Part shown: positions 60,386 to 64,000 of the stretch, piece by piece
How the letters are laid out: each line of letters starts with the position of its first letter
Numbering within the stretch: the stretch's first letter is position 1
NCBI RefSeq assembly: GCF_006345805.1
Contig: NC_043000.1
Coordinates: 140,430,001-140,494,000 of the forward strand
DNA: 64,000 nucleotides
Reading direction: 5' to 3'
Origin: Octopus sinensis
Lineage: Eukaryota
The notes under the pieces: model-generated
What the model was told of the DNA's origin: nothing
The model's database searches: none
The model's input: the letters and a program-made list of their open reading frames with translations, nothing else
Program-made: the position numbers and the translations under genes

Positions 60386-63147
60386 TACTTACTAGTACAC
60401 TAATATATGCAGACATGCAGACATATCTGAAAATTACCAGAGTTTAGAAACTACCAGCAGCTATAAATTCCCAGGAACTAGAAAATACTGTAAGATAAAG
60501 GAATGGGAAGATGTTTTTTAAAAATTAAATCTAGAGACAAGATAACCATGAGCCAGAGTGAGCGTGTGTATAAGGTATGTATAAGTCTGTGTGACATTAA
60601 GATGAATGTGTGTATGTGTGCATATATATATTTTCAAATTTAATGTCAATTGTAAATCTAGCATATATTTTGTTACAAAGTGTCTGTGTGTATGCATGTG
60701 GCTTTTGGTTCATTTCTGTGTGCCCATGTGAATGCGAATGTGCTATGCATGATTCTGTGCATCAGTTTTGTGCATGTACTACATATAAAGATATATATAT
60801 CTTTATCTGCTTACGTGCATATGTGTGTGCTAGTGATTGATTTGGAGGCCTTAAATGCAGAAAAAGCTGCTGTGCTATCAATATTGGCATATCTTGAATA
60901 ATGACAATAAGCTTTTCTAACATACGCTCAATGCCAGAAATTTGTAGGTGCTATCATTTGATTAAATGTATTCTAGCCCTTCACTGATACATCATTTTAT
61001 TCACCTCTTTGGAGTAAATGAGAGATCTCTTTTATGATATAGATGGCAGGTCATGTGTTAAAAATATACAATTAACAAGGTTCAAACATCTAACCATAAT
61101 TGGGTACTGCTGTGTACTAATGAGTGGTATGATTTATACAGTTAGTTATTTGCAAGAAGGTTGCTTAGAGCCATGGTTCACAAACTGTAGAATGCTAGTC
61201 TCACAAACACATGATCAATATTTTTGGTAAATTTTTTAGAATAATGAAGACAAAGTATGTGTTTGCATCCATATAACTATTCTTTCTTCACCATAGTGCT
61301 GGGCATGCTTAGAATTATGAAAAGCAAGGTAATTTGTCCATCTCCATTACAAAACCTCAGAGTGCTCCCTCTATGAGGAACATTGAGTTAAAGAGTTTTC
61401 TATTTGCAAGTGGTTCTTTGCTTCCCAAATGACAATAGATCACTGCTTAGTGTCTCATTTTGTTATTTTGGATCATTTTTGCCATTTCCATATTCAAGAT
61501 TGCTGCAAACAAGATTTCTGTGATCAACACATTTGATAAAGTTGTTTTGGTTTTTAACTCCAAGGCTGCCCTAATCGATGAGATTTACAATCATTCTCTT
61601 TTCCTTCATACGTAGTGTATCAAAATCTATATTATTCATTGTCTTCTTATTTCAAGATGTCTTGGTGTAACTCCAAAGAGATTTGGCTGTTTTTCTAGCA
61701 TATCAAATGATGATCTAGAAAGTTACTTGTTGGCTTATAATCAATATAGTAGATCAAATATGAATGTCGTGATCCATATAATGTATCCTGCTTGAGCAAT
61801 TTCATATGGAGAATGGATCTTATAGAAATGAGTGGATTCAGAAAGTGGATCGTGTATTGGCAGGAGCCTCTTGAGAATGTATTTGGCAAGTATAATCAGA
61901 TTTATGAAATAAACCATATCAGAACATTATGATCTCAAAAGTGAAATATGCACGTTTGGCATGATCAAGAAAGTAGGTGATGCATGAAAGCATATAATAA
62001 TTGATGTTAACATGAACAGTCAGATATGGACAGGAGGTCATACATGTGAGATATGACTCAGAAATAAACCTTACAGAATAACACAAAACTACGTACATAT
62101 ACTGGCAAACGGAATAAAGCAGCTAAGAATATCTCTACCTTTACTTTGTTTTTCATTTTCTGCATTGATGCTTTGAAAAGTTTCAAATCTGATTGATCAA
62201 TCCAAAAACAGTATTTTATTGATTTGTAACTGAATTCAATACAATTTTACTTCACTTTCTGTTACTGCTATTATTTATTATCATTTTCTTTCTATGCATT
62301 ATTTTTGTCTTGTTTTTAATTACACATTCTGAGTTAAACCTTCCTTTTAATCAATCAATTTAGATAAGAAGATTTTCTTTCTTCCACGACATGTTCTCAT
62401 TCTTGTAGACATGCTTGATATAGAGAAATGTCATACATATTCCAATATAAAAGAAAAATAATTATCTAATCCTTTGTAATTAAGTATTTTGATTTCTGTT
62501 TTCTTTATATTTACTCATTTAAATCCTTTTTTCTTTTTTATTTAATTTTACAAAGATGTCGGGTTATTATATAGAGAATGCAATTTCTATACCCTTTTTG
62601 AAATTAATCAATATTAAAAACAGAAAAATATATTTGGCTATCCACAGATGGCTTAACACAGAATAATCCTTGTGTGTATTAAGATTACTGGTATATACAT
62701 AATCTTATTTTAAATGATCTTTTTGTTTCATCCAAACATACTCCTATTTTGCTTAATTTTATTGAGATCTTTTCAATATTTATATTGCAAACTTGTCCAA
62801 CCTTAAAAGAATATTTTATGTCAAGGAAAAAAAATTTAAATTAGAAATGCAAACTGAGCTTTGGAACAGAATTGGATATTGGAGAATAAGCTGTGTATTG
62901 ATATCATCCGAAAATACAAGAAAGAAATGCCCTAAGGCATTAACCCTAAGGCTGATATAAATGTTCTACTTCAGAGATAGATTTAAAATTCATTTCAAAT
63001 AATCATCATCATCACCACCACCACTACCATCACATCACGACTACCATCATTATCACTACCACCACCAACATCTTTGTCATCATCGTCATCATGATGACCA
63101 TCCTCCTCATCATCAACCCACCACCATTATCAACAGCAACAACAAGT

Positions 63148-63560
63148 GGAGGTGCAATGGCCCAGTGGTTAAGGCAGCGAACTTGCAGTTGGAGGATCAT
63201 GGTTTCGATTCCCAGAACAAGATTTGTGTGTGTTTATTGAGCAAAAACACCTAAAGCTCCACAAGGCTCTGGCAGGGGGTGGTGGCGACCCCTGTTGTAC
63301 TCTTTCACTCTTTCACTCCAGCTTTCTTTCACTCTTTCTTCCTATTTCTTGTCCCTGACTTCCTATGCAACCGCTGAGCCTGGATGCATATTCATCCATC
63401 TGTCGATGCTCTTGGTGTCGGGGGTTGACCTGCTTTCTCTTCTGCGGGTCTTACAAATCGCAAAGGACCACGTTTCAGACTTCTCCTACTACAGAGGCAC
63501 GATCTTGCGAGCTCTGGAACAAAGACCGCTTCGCTCAACAAACAAACAAACAAACAAACA
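63148..63560 (+). mobile_element. SINE family B with an alternative 3' tail ending in (CAAA)n
   Basis: 5' about 170 bp homologous to 41754; different 3' half. Confidence 0.8.
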
Positions 63561-64000
63561 GCAAAAACAAGGTAAGAAAATGATAAAAATGCATTGGACT
63601 TAGTCAAATTCAAGTAATTCCTTTCCATTCTAACTTTTGTTTTTCTATGGCCAATGAAATCAGTCATACACCAGAGCTGGTTCAATCAATTATAGGCCTC
63701 ACACACCTTGTGCCTTCATTCCAAAATCAGATTTCTATGGACAAGAATTAATCTAGATGAGACACACTTTGGATATGTACCATGATGAAGTACTACTGAT
63801 ACCATCTCCTGAGGCACATATCATCGGAGGGACCTAGCTACGAATAAGCATCTATGCCCAGTATCTGTTACTCTATGGAAGGTCTCTAACTGGATTTTAT
63901 GCTCAATGATCTGGAAGCTAGGAGTACAGGAATGTAAAAACTATGTATAGAAGCACAGTCAGCAATATGAGGTATAACGATGGGGATAGTGAATTTTTGA

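Overview
AT-rich, microsatellite-dense eukaryotic DNA. The SINE, LINE and fold-back repeat families resemble those I know from coleoid cephalopods, most likely Octopus (inference, no search run). Most ORFs in the track are microsatellite or repeat artefacts. The window holds a near full-length frameshifted RTE LINE (27.4-31.3 kb) with an inverted sister copy nested in a SINE, fragments of other RTE, L1/Tx1, L2/Jockey-like and CR1-like LINEs, an ORF1-only (HAL1-like) Tx1/L1-type element in head-to-tail tandem with a relative, four mariner remnants, a Helentron/DINE-1-like element and many tRNA-derived SINEs. A chain of small phase-compatible + strand exons (2.4-9.0 kb) suggests an unidentified host gene. 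The most interesting signal is a set of fold-back cassettes, mostly next to (TA)n tracts, carrying hammerhead ribozyme folds. These include a palindromic pair with a compensatory G3-C8 core and one intact hammerhead with a 60-nt stem II. A 161-bp, about 98% identical inverted repeat also brackets two of the putative exons. Coordinates and identities were read by eye, and repeat ends are approximate.
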